Source: a virus (lineage: Duplodnaviria; Caudoviricetes). Taken from it: a DNA stretch of 24,895 nt. Shown here piece by piece: positions 1-10,238 of this stretch; position 1 is the first letter of the stretch; each line of letters begins with the position of its first letter. The position numbers and the translations under genes are program-made. The notes beneath the pieces are model-generated. The model had not been told where the DNA came from. It worked only from the letters and a program-made list of their open reading frames with translations, and did no database searches. The stretch covers positions 1 through 24,895 of the IMG/VR virus record IMGVR_UViG_3300036982_000202, one strand, 5' to 3'.

Positions 1-144
1 CAAGCCAACGCACAGATGCAAGCACAACAAAACGCTGGGATCATGAGTGCTTTCGGTCAACTTGGTGGTGCTGCATTATCTGCACCGCTTACTGGTGGAG
101 GTTCACTTTTTGGACTTGGAATGAAAAAAATTGGAGTTGGATAA
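1..144 (+). CDS. 3' end of a Gly/Ala/Gln-rich internal virion (DNA ejection/pilot-type) protein, partial
   Basis: Frame 1 is open from the window edge: QANAQMQAQQNAGIMSAFGQLGGAALSAPLTGGGSLFGLGMKKIGVG, TAA at 142-144. Composition is typical of small ejection proteins. Not in the ORF track. Confidence 0.6.
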   Translation, partial: QANAQMQAQQNAGIMSAFGQLGGAALSAPLTGGGSLFGLGMKKIGVG

Positions 145-148
145 TATT

Positions 149-1645
149 ATGGCACTATTAGGAGCATCAATTGACCCCAGCCTGTTCAGACAGGACTACT
201 CTGGGTTTGTAAACGCAGCGAACACCAACGCTAACGCAATTGCTGGGCTAGGGCAGACCATTGCAAATACTGCGACTGATTACTTTAAAGACCAGAACGA
301 CAAGAAGAAGGTACTAAAGCAAAGTTCCACGCAAATTGATGCAGCAATCAAGTTGTATCCAGAGTTACAAGGCGCATTTGCACCAATTTTAGATAATCTC
401 CGTGATGAGAACATTTCTTTAAATGATCGCTTTGCTTCCGCTAGTGCTACCCCTGGGCTTATTGAACTTGCAATAGGACAGTCAAATAAAAATAGGGAGT
501 TTGGTCTTAAAACTAGGGAGCTTAACGTACAGGAAGGTAGGTACAAAAGGCAAGATACATCTGAACAAAATCAACTAGGTCAACAAAACCAACAAGATAT
601 ATCAACTTCTGTTGGATTGTTTCAATCATTAGGTGAAAGGCTGACCCCAGAACAAGTAGCAACAGCAACAGATTTAATTCAATCAGGAAGAGGATCAAAT
701 AGTAAAGCTTATTTAGAAGCAATATTTAAAGGATTACCAACAAACGAACAAAATAAAGTTATTGAAATTGGAACTAAAAATGGTGGTGTTGCTGGCACTA
801 TACCAATGCTTCTTAATACTACAACTGGCGTAACAAAAAATATTACTCCGCCTGAAGATGCATTACCAATTGACAATCCTCCACCGCTTGATATTCCAAC
901 AGTGGAAGGCATTATTTTACCTGCAAATGAAACGGTGCTTTCTACTGATAGAAAAACCGCAACATATCAAGGAAAAACATATACTGTTGATGATGGTGTT
1001 CTTCAACCAAAAGAACCAGCACCTCCACCGCCTTTTGGATTTAAACCTGCTGGTGGATCACTTGTAAGTGTAAACACTGGAGATGCTCCCCAACAACAAC
1101 GTGAATCTGCAATTGATAAGTCTTTGCTTATAATTAAAGACGAAGCGGCACAGGCGGCATCTCAGCTTTCAAAAATTAATGAGATTTCAGATCTTCTTAA
1201 TAAGGGAGTTGAGACAGGATTTGCACAAGATGTACTTATGCAAGCAGGAAAAGTATTTGGTCAAGACGTTTCCAACCAAGAAGCATTTAAGGCTGCGTCT
1301 GGAAGTGTTGCATTAGGATTCATAAATCTTACTAAAGGTGCAATATCAGATACGGAAATGACATACTTCACACAAGTTCTTGCTCCTAGTATTGGCACTT
1401 CGGTTGAAGGAAACAAAAAAATTGCTGACTACCTTCGTAGATCTGCTGAAAAAGCAGCAAAAGTAGAAGAAATCATATCAACTGGTATGAGGTCTGGGAA
1501 ATCAGCATTTGACATTGATAGCGAAGTGCAAAAATTTAGAAATACTGAAACAATTATTCCAAAAGAAGTAATAAGACAAAACCAACGCTCTCCTGAAGCC
1601 CAAGCTATGCAGGAAGAACTAGATGCTATCAAAGCTGGAAAATAA
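149..1645 (+). CDS. Putative internal virion/ejection protein
   Basis: The ATG at 149 (MALLGASIDP), 4 nt after the upstream stop, is a better start than TTG 131. Helical Q/A-rich N-terminus, Pro-rich linker, helical C-terminal domain. Lies between two other ejection-type genes. Confidence 0.55.
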   Translation: MALLGASIDPSLFRQDYSGFVNAANTNANAIAGLGQTIANTATDYFKDQNDKKKVLKQSSTQIDAAIKLYPELQGAFAPILDNLRDENISLNDRFASASATPGLIELAIGQSNKNREFGLKTRELNVQEGRYKRQDTSEQNQLGQQNQQDISTSVGLFQSLGERLTPEQVATATDLIQSGRGSNSKAYLEAIFKGLPTNEQNKVIEIGTKNGGVAGTIPMLLNTTTGVTKNITPPEDALPIDNPPPLDIPTVEGIILPANETVLSTDRKTATYQGKTYTVDDGVLQPKEPAPPPPFGFKPAGGSLVSVNTGDAPQQQRESAIDKSLLIIKDEAAQAASQLSKINEISDLLNKGVETGFAQDVLMQAGKVFGQDVSNQEAFKAASGSVALGFINLTKGAISDTEMTYFTQVLAPSIGTSVEGNKKIADYLRRSAEKAAKVEEIISTGMRSGKSAFDIDSEVQKFRNTETIIPKEVIRQNQRSPEAQAMQEELDAIKAGK

Positions 1646-1656
1646 AACTAAAAATC

Positions 1657-4596
1657 ATGGCAATTAAAGTAATTTCCGAGCTTGAAGCGCAAAAGCAACA
1701 AGCCACTTCTGAATTTGAACAACTAAGCCAACAAGCTAATTCGTTGTTTTCTGCTGGGGATCAACTTGGGGCCGCTAAATTAACTCAACAAGCGCAGAAA
1801 TATGTTGATTTTGTTAGTAAGGCTGACCGTATGATTCTTGATCAAAAAGAAAACCTTACGACAAAACTTGCTAATGGATCATTTTTAAGTGATAAAGACC
1901 CAATGGATGAACCATTGACGACATCTGAGGGTGTTGACAATAAAATAGCTAAGGGGATTTCAGCAGTTATTGGGCAACCAGTAAATATGCAATCAGAACT
2001 TGGGTGGAAAGAACGATCAAAGTTAGCATTTTTAAATGATGTGTCTAAAGATGAGTATTTAAAAAGTCAATACGGAGAAGAAAACATAAAGACCATGAAT
2101 GTCATGGGAAAGCCAGTAAGATTAATTAATGATGGAACCAGTTGGTTTCCAGTTGATCGTTATGACCTTACTTCAAATGACTTTATAGATATGATAGGCG
2201 AAATTGCGCCAATGATTGGATCTCTTGTCGGAGGATCTGGTGGAGCAGTATTATCCAAGAGTCCTGCTGGAACAGCAATTGGAAGTGCTGCTGGATATAC
2301 TGCTGCAGGGACGCTTCAAGATACCCTTGCAAAAGCAGTGATGGGCGCAGGCGAAGGTTTTGGAGAGTCAATCACAAAGCGAGCAACGGAAGCTATGATT
2401 GGTCTTCCTATTGAATATGGAATAGCAAAAATTGGTGAACCTATTCTTCGTGGTTTGACAACAATGAGGAAAGGAACAACTCCAAAAAGAACTCAGCTAA
2501 TTAGTGAAGCTGGAGAGTTTTTAAGCAGAGAAGGTTATCCAACAAGTCTTGCTAGGTTTGCTGGAGGAAGCGTTGAGCAACAACAAAGAATGCTTCGTGC
2601 TGCTGAAAACTTGCCAAATTCAAAAATAGGTCAAGATCTTGCTTTTGGAGCAAAAAGACTTGAGGCATTTATGGATGATAATATTTCAAGGCAAGCACTC
2701 CCAGAGAGGTTGTATGAAGATACAATGAAAGCCGTAAAAGCCGAGAACGATCTTTATCTAAAACAAGTTGCTATTTCTGATGAAGGTGTTGCAAACACGT
2801 TAAGAAAAAATCTTGATGACGATCTTCAGAAACGATTAATAAGACCCGAAATCCAAGAAGAAGCCGCAGCTACATATTTAAAAGCAACTTTAGGAAAGGC
2901 TAAATCTTCTGCTGAAAAAGCAAAGAAAGATATTTATAATCCTTTTTATCAAGAAGCCGATCAAATCGTTTCAGTTGATCCTCTTGAGTTAGCAAGAAAA
3001 ATGGAAGATCAATATTTTAAACAGGGTGTTAGACCCGCTGAAATTGATAATTTTATTAATGAACTTAGAGCTAGACCTCAAAACGCAAAAATAATTGCTG
3101 ACCTTCAAAGCAAAATTAACAGTGGTAGCTTGACTCCTCAGATAAAGGAACTTTCAGAAAGAGAAATTAGAAGGCTTGAAAACATTTCAGGCCCACTTAA
3201 CGCAAGTCAACTAGACGAGCAATTTCGTAAAATTCGTGACCTTGCTCCTACTGGGCCTATAGCAGGAAGTGGTGCTACACAACTTAAAACACAGGTTAAA
3301 AACGCTGAAGGAGTGTTGCAGCAATTTCGTGATGATGTTTATAAAAAAGCTAAATTATACGATAAATGGACTGCAGCTACTGAGAAAAATAAAAACTTTC
3401 TACAGTACACGAAAACCAATATTTCAGACATACTTGAAAGCGGTATTGGAAAAGAAATGACTTCACGAAAAGTTATGGATACTGTTTATTCGTCTCCTGA
3501 ACAAACTCGGTTAATTCTTTCAGCAGTGAAAAGAGACGATCCTGCTAACTATGCGGTTTTTGCTGAATCAATGCGAGAATCTTACATGAACAGAATTGGA
3601 CTAAACGGGCGTGGTTTAGGATCTGGAGTAGGATTTAAATTTGATGATAGGATAGTCAGGGAACTTTTTGGTTCAGAAAACTTAGAGCGAGGAAATCGCA
3701 TGGTTCAAAAACTAGAAGGCCTGCAATCTGTTTTTAAGTTCAAAAAGCTAGATCCAAGCAAAATAAGCATGAAAGATGTACAAGAACTCGAAGGAGTTTT
3801 GCATCAAGATGGAGTAAGAGATATTACTGCATCAATCGCCAATCGTGCGGAAGCATCTCAAAAAGCTGAAAAACTTGGTCGGAACATTCTAATTAAAGAT
3901 GTTTTAAATGGGCACAAAGAATCCATTACTAGAGGTGAGTTTCCAAGAGCGTTGTTTGATGCGGAACCAGCTCAAGTAAGAAAAATATTTTCAATGTTCA
4001 AACCCGCTGAACAAAAGGCGATACGAGAAGACTTTGCTGAACATGTTTTTTCTCGTTACCCTGGTAATCCTGACTCAACAATAATGAGACTAAAGTTATG
4101 GGATGGAGAGACATTTTTAAATGACATTGCAGCAAATCCAAAACTGCAAGAAAATATGAAGATTGCTCTTGGAGAACCCTTTGTTAACAAAATGGTTGCT
4201 GCATCTCGACTTACAGAAGCTACTCAAACAGTTGCTGGTGGAGCAAAAATGAGGTTGACTGGGGTGGTTACACCAGAAGAAACTCGTGGATTTTTAGCAC
4301 TTGGCCCTGTGTTAAACTCAATTGGTACTAGAGCTACCGCAGCAATGTATAGGGCTGGATCATTAGTCCCATTACTTGGGAAGATGTCTCAAAAAGAACT
4401 TACAAAAGACCAATTTGAAAGAGAGTCTGTTAAAGCTCTAGGTGTTGCATTGCTTACATCAAACGGAATTCAAGCAACATTAAAAACAGGACGATATGAT
4501 CCAGAATGGTCACGCCGTATTGGACAAACTCTTGGAACCGCTTCTAAAGAATCTGTTGATTATGCTAAAGCCTTTGGATATGGCACAAGATTTTAA
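1657..4596 (+). CDS. Large internal virion/ejection protein (979 aa)
   Basis: Long, mostly helical ORF with a Gly/Ala-rich hydrophobic segment (IAPMIGSLVGGSGGAVL...AIGSAAGYTAAG) typical of large podophage ejection proteins. No catalytic motif recognised. Confidence 0.55.
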   Translation: MAIKVISELEAQKQQATSEFEQLSQQANSLFSAGDQLGAAKLTQQAQKYVDFVSKADRMILDQKENLTTKLANGSFLSDKDPMDEPLTTSEGVDNKIAKGISAVIGQPVNMQSELGWKERSKLAFLNDVSKDEYLKSQYGEENIKTMNVMGKPVRLINDGTSWFPVDRYDLTSNDFIDMIGEIAPMIGSLVGGSGGAVLSKSPAGTAIGSAAGYTAAGTLQDTLAKAVMGAGEGFGESITKRATEAMIGLPIEYGIAKIGEPILRGLTTMRKGTTPKRTQLISEAGEFLSREGYPTSLARFAGGSVEQQQRMLRAAENLPNSKIGQDLAFGAKRLEAFMDDNISRQALPERLYEDTMKAVKAENDLYLKQVAISDEGVANTLRKNLDDDLQKRLIRPEIQEEAAATYLKATLGKAKSSAEKAKKDIYNPFYQEADQIVSVDPLELARKMEDQYFKQGVRPAEIDNFINELRARPQNAKIIADLQSKINSGSLTPQIKELSEREIRRLENISGPLNASQLDEQFRKIRDLAPTGPIAGSGATQLKTQVKNAEGVLQQFRDDVYKKAKLYDKWTAATEKNKNFLQYTKTNISDILESGIGKEMTSRKVMDTVYSSPEQTRLILSAVKRDDPANYAVFAESMRESYMNRIGLNGRGLGSGVGFKFDDRIVRELFGSENLERGNRMVQKLEGLQSVFKFKKLDPSKISMKDVQELEGVLHQDGVRDITASIANRAEASQKAEKLGRNILIKDVLNGHKESITRGEFPRALFDAEPAQVRKIFSMFKPAEQKAIREDFAEHVFSRYPGNPDSTIMRLKLWDGETFLNDIAANPKLQENMKIALGEPFVNKMVAASRLTEATQTVAGGAKMRLTGVVTPEETRGFLALGPVLNSIGTRATAAMYRAGSLVPLLGKMSQKELTKDQFERESVKALGVALLTSNGIQATLKTGRYDPEWSRRIGQTLGTASKESVDYAKAFGYGTRF

Positions 4597-4619
4597 TTAA
4601 AAATACAATAATCCCGCTC

Positions 4620-4647
4620 TTGCCAGAAGCATATCGTTAGCTATAAG
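4620..4647 (+). promoter_or_regulatory. Possible sigma70-type promoter for the terminase operon
   Basis: TTGCCA (4620-4625), 16 nt, TATAAG (4642-4647), in the intergenic gap before terS. Confidence 0.3.
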
Positions 4648-4676
4648 TGGTGCTTCAACCAACAAAGAGAAATAAC

Positions 4677-5243
4677 ATGAGCGACAACGAACTTCTTGAG
4701 ATTGACAGTAAGCAGGCAATTAAGGAGTTCTTTCTTGAGGTCAAGGAACGTGCAAAGTTATTCCCTCGCAACTCAATTGAGCATTACAATCCTAACGTAG
4801 CAGCACAGATCCTCTGGATGCTTGCACAAGGTGGACGTATCAGCGTCATTGCCAAGAAGTGCAAAGTGTCGCATGAGCTAGTAAGGTCGCTAGAATGGAG
4901 GCATAACGACACGCTTGAGTCAAAACGCAAGGAGTTCTCTAAACGCTACGCAATCGCTGCGGCTGAGTACACGGATCTCTTGTTCGAGAAAGCAGAACAA
5001 TTAGCCAACGATCCAGAGCAATTGAAGATGATCTCACCAGACCGTCTCGCGTTGACTATCGGTATTATGACAGATAAGGCTGGACAGCTCTCTGGAATGG
5101 CAAGTACAATCGTAGAACATCGTAAGGGTGCAAGTATTGACGATGCTGCCAAGATGATTGCTGAAGCTAAATCCCGCATTGCCAATAAGATCAAGGAACA
5201 AGCAATTGACGTTGAAGTTGTTGACGAACCTAATGAGTTTTGA
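4677..5243 (+). CDS. Probable terminase small subunit
   Basis: ATG 4677 (MSDNELLEID). HTH-like segment (QILWMLAQGGRISVIAKKCKVSHELVRSLE) followed by helical oligomerisation-type region. Positioned upstream of terL. Confidence 0.65.
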   Translation: MSDNELLEIDSKQAIKEFFLEVKERAKLFPRNSIEHYNPNVAAQILWMLAQGGRISVIAKKCKVSHELVRSLEWRHNDTLESKRKEFSKRYAIAAAEYTDLLFEKAEQLANDPEQLKMISPDRLALTIGIMTDKAGQLSGMASTIVEHRKGASIDDAAKMIAEAKSRIANKIKEQAIDVEVVDEPNEF

Positions 5244-5251
5244 TAAAAAAC

Positions 5252-5286
5252 AAGCGTCCCCCAGATATGTGGTCTAGGAGACGCTT
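5252..5286 (+). promoter_or_regulatory. Stem-loop in front of the HNH endonuclease gene
   Basis: AAGCGTC (5252-5258) pairs with GACGCTT (5280-5286), with further inner pairing (CC..AGA/TCT..GG). Only a short T tail follows. Confidence 0.45.
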
Positions 5287-5306
5287 TACACAATACATAA
5301 AAGACT

Positions 5307-5825
5307 ATGAAAAGTGCTGAGAAAAATAAGTCAAAAGAACTGATTGATGTCAAGAGCATATCCGATTATTTGGATTACTCACCTGAGACTGGGGTTTTTA
5401 TCTGGAAAGTTAAAACCAAAACTAGCAATGTGAACGATGTTGCGGGAAACGCAAATTGGCGTGGATATGTTTCCATCTGGATTAACGCAAAACCATATTA
5501 TGCCCACAGATTGGCTTGGGCAATTTCTCATGGTGAATGGCCTATTGGTGACATTGATCACATAAATGAGGACAAGTCAGATAATAGGATTTCAAATTTA
5601 AGAGTAGCAAGCCGATCTGAGAATATGTTTAATCGGGGTTCAAATAAAAACAATACTTCTGGAATGAAAGGAGTTAGTTTTTGCAAATCGACAAATAGAT
5701 GGCGAGCGCAGATTACAATGGATAGAAAAAGCGTGAATGTTGGTCGATTCCAAACCAAGGAGGAAGCTGCAAATGCCTATATTCTAAAAGCTCGAAAAAT
5801 TAGAGGGGAGTTTGCTAAGTGTTAA
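5307..5825 (+). CDS. HNH endonuclease with C-terminal AP2 DNA-binding domain (free-standing homing endonuclease type)
   Basis: YYAHRLAW...IDHINEDKSDNRISNLR (HNH) and NNTSGMKGVSF...RWRAQI...VGRFQTKEEAANAY...GEFA (AP2). Confidence 0.92.
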   Translation: MKSAEKNKSKELIDVKSISDYLDYSPETGVFIWKVKTKTSNVNDVAGNANWRGYVSIWINAKPYYAHRLAWAISHGEWPIGDIDHINEDKSDNRISNLRVASRSENMFNRGSNKNNTSGMKGVSFCKSTNRWRAQITMDRKSVNVGRFQTKEEAANAYILKARKIRGEFAKC

Positions 5826-7420
5826 AATGGACAGATCATCCAGTTCTTGTCACTCCAACTGACGAGGAAATATCGTACATGGATGCTGAGGAGTTAATGC
5901 AATTCCACCGAATCCGTGAAGAAGCAATTCAAAATGCTGTAAGAGATCCATTTAGGTATGGCTGGAAGTTTGAAAACTGGAAAAAAGTTGAGCAATATCT
6001 AGATACAAGAAACGAAGTTCTTATTAGCGGAGGAAACAGGTCAAGCAAAACTCAGGTGGGAGCATACTTTGTTGTAAAGGCGGCTGTTGAAAATCCTAAT
6101 GCTGATATTTTTTGCTTTGCCCAAAATGCCGAGGTATCAATTCGCCAACAACAATCTGCTGTTTATGACTGGATGCCAGCAGAATTTAAAAACAAGCAAA
6201 CAAGTCAAAACACATATCTTTCTTATTCACGGAAAAATGGATGGACAGATAACTCGTTAATTCTTCCTAATGGTTCTAGAATTTCATTTAAAACCTATGC
6301 TGCTTTTGCGAACAATCAAACAATTTTAGAAGGAGCTGAATTAGGATCAAAGGAAGCTACTTGGTTAAATATTGGCGCATGGTGTGACGAAATGCTAGGT
6401 GGCCCAGAAATAATTGATACATTAAGATTCCGATTGGCAACAAGAAACAGCAAAATGATGCTGACATTTACGCCGATTTTTGGATATACAGAACTAATAA
6501 AGCAATATCTTGATGGAGCAAAAGTAGTTGAAAGCACAAATGCTGAACTGCTTAATGGCGAGGTAGTGCCAACAATTCTTGAGTGTAAAAACATTAAGGG
6601 TACAGTCCATTATTTTCATTCTCAAGATAATCCTTTTGGTGGATATGATCGAATAAAACAAACCTTAATTGGAAAGACCAGAGAAGAAATTCTAATTAGA
6701 GCGTATGGAATACCAACTAAAGCCGCTGCAACCAAGTTTCCAAAGTTTAACAAAGTTGTAAACATTGTTTCACCTGATAAAATACCAACAACCAATGTCA
6801 CAAGGTATCACGTTATCGACCCCGCTGGATCTAAAAACTGGTTCATGTGCTGGATTGCCGTTGATGAATCAAATACATACTGGGTGTACCGTGAATGGCC
6901 TGGGGTTGACGTTGGCGACTGGGCTGAGTGGCGTGGAGGAAAGTGGGTTGGTGGAGCAGGATCTAAAGGACAAGGATTCGGCATAAGAGACTACGTTGAC
7001 ACCATTTTGGAACTTGAAGAAAACGAAGAGATATTTGAACGACTAATCGACCCAAGACTTGGTGCTGCAAAATACCAAGCAGCAGATAGTTCGTCGAGCA
7101 TCATTGAGGATTTGAACGAGCAGGAGATTATTTGCATCCCTGCGCCTGGAATGGAAATTGATGACGGATTACAAGCGTTGATCTCAAAAATGTCATGGGA
7201 TACAACTAAACCTCTAGATTCTGTCAACAGACCGCATTTCTATGTAAGTTCAGACTGTGAGAACATCATACAAGCACTTTCCGAGTACACTGGTGAGGGT
7301 GGTTTAAAGGAAGCGTGGAAAGATCCGATTGACGTATTGAGATATGCTGCTATTGCTGGTGTTGACCATGTTGATGAATCAAGGTCTTATTCTACAAGAC
7401 AAGGTTCTGGAGGATACTAA
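5819..7420 (+). CDS. terL: Terminase large subunit
   Basis: Walker A-like GGNRSSKT, Walker B AWCDE, coupling motif LTFTP, nuclease-domain VIDPAGS and C-terminal KDPIDVLRY. GTG start overlaps the HNH stop, with GAGGGGAG upstream. Confidence 0.92.
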   Translation: MLKWTDHPVLVTPTDEEISYMDAEELMQFHRIREEAIQNAVRDPFRYGWKFENWKKVEQYLDTRNEVLISGGNRSSKTQVGAYFVVKAAVENPNADIFCFAQNAEVSIRQQQSAVYDWMPAEFKNKQTSQNTYLSYSRKNGWTDNSLILPNGSRISFKTYAAFANNQTILEGAELGSKEATWLNIGAWCDEMLGGPEIIDTLRFRLATRNSKMMLTFTPIFGYTELIKQYLDGAKVVESTNAELLNGEVVPTILECKNIKGTVHYFHSQDNPFGGYDRIKQTLIGKTREEILIRAYGIPTKAAATKFPKFNKVVNIVSPDKIPTTNVTRYHVIDPAGSKNWFMCWIAVDESNTYWVYREWPGVDVGDWAEWRGGKWVGGAGSKGQGFGIRDYVDTILELEENEEIFERLIDPRLGAAKYQAADSSSSIIEDLNEQEIICIPAPGMEIDDGLQALISKMSWDTTKPLDSVNRPHFYVSSDCENIIQALSEYTGEGGLKEAWKDPIDVLRYAAIAGVDHVDESRSYSTRQGSGGY

Positions 7421-7423
7421 TAC

Positions 7424-7711
7424 ATGAATACAACCAAACAAGCAAAGAAGCGTGGACGACCATTCAAGGCAAAGGTATTAGAACCATTGCCAACAACTGA
7501 TGAAACAATCACATTGGATGACAACTATGTTGGTTCATTCTTGGTTATTATGTTATGCCCAAACAAAAGCTGGGTAGGAGTGCGTATGGACGGAGAAAAG
7601 GTGCTTGTAAGGTGTCACGCAAACCGATCAGATAAACTACTTGGCAAAACCATTAAAGTAGGTATCATCAAGTCACCAGACGCAGAAGATTTTTACGAAC
7701 ATATTTTATGA
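7424..7711 (+). CDS. Hypothetical protein with AT-hook-like KKRGRP motif
   Basis: Tightly packed between terL and portal, with an ATGA overlap with the portal start. Confidence 0.7.
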   Translation: MNTTKQAKKRGRPFKAKVLEPLPTTDETITLDDNYVGSFLVIMLCPNKSWVGVRMDGEKVLVRCHANRSDKLLGKTIKVGIIKSPDAEDFYEHIL

Positions 7712-9777
7712 GTGACATGACCAACGAAGACGAAGAAGCAATGATTTACGCCGAGGACGAGCCTAATATCAATGCTTTGACAGATGCTTATAACACTTGT
7801 TTGTTGAATCTTGAAGAATACTTTGAGATTTGCCTACGTTCATACAATGATCGTCGCAACATATGGCCTGGGAAGACTGACGATTTACGCAAGAACGATA
7901 GTAACGCATTCCCTTGGACGGGTGCTAGCGATACCGAGGTCAACGTGGTTGGCGAGCGTATCAACGCATTTGTGGCTATCTTAGACCAAGCGTTACAACG
8001 ATCCCACATTAAGGCATTCCCAACAAGCATGGCATCCATGTCCCGTGCTGGCATGGTTTCGAGCTTCCTTAAATGGATGAGGTCTTCATACATACCTAAT
8101 TTCCGTCAAGAGATGGAACTAGGTTCAAATTATCTGCTAGAGAAGGGGTTGATGGTATCTTACGTTGGCTGGAAACGAGAAAAAAGAACATACTTACAAC
8201 AAGTATCCATACAAGAAATAGCGCAAGTCTCCCCTGATCTAGCGGAACTTATTAGTTCTGGCGTTGACGATATGATGGTAATGGATATGCTGGCTACGGC
8301 ATTCCCTGATCTATCTAAGAAACGCGCAACGAAGGTTATCAAAGACCTGCGGAAAAAAGGTACAGCATCCGTGTCGATCCCACGCACAACGGTAGACTGC
8401 CCAATGGTACATTCTTGCGCCCCAGATGGCGAAGTGTTATTCCCAGCATACGTTACCGATCCACAAAGGTCGCCATACGTTTTTTGGAGGACGTTCCTTA
8501 CCGCTCAAGAGCTTGAAAAGAAGGTTACAAGTGATGGATGGGACAAAGACTGGGTTGAGAATGCAATATCGAACCTGCGCGGAAAAGACTCGATGTACCT
8601 CGATGGCGAGAAGATCAAGCAGAACACTCGACTTCCAATTACGGATGACAACGATCTTGTGATGGTGGTTTACGCATATCAGCGTCTAATTGACGAGGAG
8701 GACGGCAGCGAAGGCATCTATTGCACCGTGTTCCACCCAATGACTGATGACTACGCAAAGCATGAGTTATTGAACGGTTACGACGATTATCCGTTTGTTG
8801 TGACTAGGTTGTCAAACGACCAGAAGAGGATGTACGACACACAGACGTTTTCAGACGTTCTAAGGGGCGCACAGATGCAAGTTAAGACAGAACGAGACTC
8901 TCGTATTGATCGTGCGTCCATGTCCACCTTGCCACCTTTAATGCACCCTGCTGGACGACCTCCTAGCGACTGGGGGCCAGGAGTCCGTGTACCATATCGT
9001 CGCCTTGGTGAAATTGCTTGGGGGCCGATCCCGCCGAATGATAACAACTCGATTGAGATCGAGCTATCAATGACAAGGCAAGCAGATCGCGCTGTTGGTC
9101 TTGACCTTGACAATCCTATCTCAGCATCAAGGCAGCAGTTTTATGTGTCACGTTTCCTAGACCATGTTCGTGATGTCTTGGCAATGTCGTGGAAGTTGTA
9201 CCAACGCATGGGCCCAGATGAAGTATTCTTCCAAGTTACGGGTAATCCTAACCCACAGACTATGACTAAAGGAAGTCCCGATGAAAACTTTTCAATCGTG
9301 GTAAACTTTGACTCACAATCAAGTGACCCAGAGACGGCATCCGAGCAACTAAAGAACATGGTATCCTTGGTGCAAATGGACAGGAATGGCGTTATTGACA
9401 TCAACAAGCTACTTGAGTTCACAGCAGCAAGCATCAATCCAATCTTTGCGGATTACGTCTTGCAACCAGTTGAAGAAGCGCAGCAGAAGGTAGCGAAGAA
9501 CGTCACCGATGACCTTGCTAAGATCTTTGCTGGTATCGAGGTTCCTGCACAAGCAAACGGAGCGCAGATGGCAATGCAGCTTGTTCAAGCATATGTGCAA
9601 CAGCCAGACATTGCAGCTAGAGCGCAGTCTGACGAGGCTTTTGCGGGTCGCTTGCAAAAATATGCATCAGCCTATCAATTTCAACTTCAACAAATGGAGA
9701 ATGCTCAGATAGGACGTATCGGTACGGCTCCAGCACAAATGGGCGGTATGCAAACCCAAGGAATGACCCAAGAATAA
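7708..9777 (+). CDS. Portal protein
   Basis: 689 aa following terL. Contains YPFVV and a Q-rich C-terminal helical barrel region typical of podophage portals. Confidence 0.85.
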   Translation: MSDMTNEDEEAMIYAEDEPNINALTDAYNTCLLNLEEYFEICLRSYNDRRNIWPGKTDDLRKNDSNAFPWTGASDTEVNVVGERINAFVAILDQALQRSHIKAFPTSMASMSRAGMVSSFLKWMRSSYIPNFRQEMELGSNYLLEKGLMVSYVGWKREKRTYLQQVSIQEIAQVSPDLAELISSGVDDMMVMDMLATAFPDLSKKRATKVIKDLRKKGTASVSIPRTTVDCPMVHSCAPDGEVLFPAYVTDPQRSPYVFWRTFLTAQELEKKVTSDGWDKDWVENAISNLRGKDSMYLDGEKIKQNTRLPITDDNDLVMVVYAYQRLIDEEDGSEGIYCTVFHPMTDDYAKHELLNGYDDYPFVVTRLSNDQKRMYDTQTFSDVLRGAQMQVKTERDSRIDRASMSTLPPLMHPAGRPPSDWGPGVRVPYRRLGEIAWGPIPPNDNNSIEIELSMTRQADRAVGLDLDNPISASRQQFYVSRFLDHVRDVLAMSWKLYQRMGPDEVFFQVTGNPNPQTMTKGSPDENFSIVVNFDSQSSDPETASEQLKNMVSLVQMDRNGVIDINKLLEFTAASINPIFADYVLQPVEEAQQKVAKNVTDDLAKIFAGIEVPAQANGAQMAMQLVQAYVQQPDIAARAQSDEAFAGRLQKYASAYQFQLQQMENAQIGRIGTAPAQMGGMQTQGMTQE

Positions 9778-9808
9778 TTTACAATAAAACTAATAAATAA
9801 ATAATAAT

Positions 9809-10090
9809 ATGCCTGCTATAAGAAAAGTCATTAAAGATATTGTATCTGCTCCATTTGATAAGTATGATAAATGGCAAAGTGATGCAAAAAAACAATCAGA
9901 AGGTGAAAATAAAATGAGATTTGCAAGAGAAGCTAATATCCGAAGCGCACAAGAAGATGAAAGACGGAGAACAGGAGATTTATCTGGAGAACCAACAATT
10001 GGTAAAGCCCTGATGAATATTATGGGTGAATCTAGAGGAAATAAAGCTAGAGGAACATCTTCTTCATCTGTTCGCAAAATTATCAAGTAG
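9809..10090 (+). CDS. Hypothetical protein
   Basis: 93-aa ORF with an A-rich leader and AT-rich codons, in operon context. Confidence 0.6.
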   Translation: MPAIRKVIKDIVSAPFDKYDKWQSDAKKQSEGENKMRFAREANIRSAQEDERRRTGDLSGEPTIGKALMNIMGESRGNKARGTSSSSVRKIIK

Positions 10091-10091
10091 C

Positions 10092-10238
10092 ATGAAACAA
10101 GGACTATATTCAAATATCAACGCAAAGAAAGATCGTATCAAAGCAGGTAGCGGAGAGAAGATGAACAAAGTTGGCAGCAAAAAAGCACCGTCTGCTGAAG
10201 ACTTTAAGAACTCAGCTAAGACCGCTAAAAAGAAATGA
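10092..10238 (+). CDS. Small basic protein (48 aa)
   Basis: MKQGLYSNINAKKDRIKAGSGEKMNKVGSKKAPSAEDFKNSAKTAKKK. ATG 1 nt after the upstream TAG. Resembles a recurrent GLYxNIxAK small phage protein type. Confidence 0.75.
   Translation: MKQGLYSNINAKKDRIKAGSGEKMNKVGSKKAPSAEDFKNSAKTAKKK

Noticed and set aside
6029-6052. TerL Walker A reads GGNRSSKT instead of GxxxxGKT
   Set aside because: The Lys-Thr and all other motifs are intact, so this is not evidence of inactivation.
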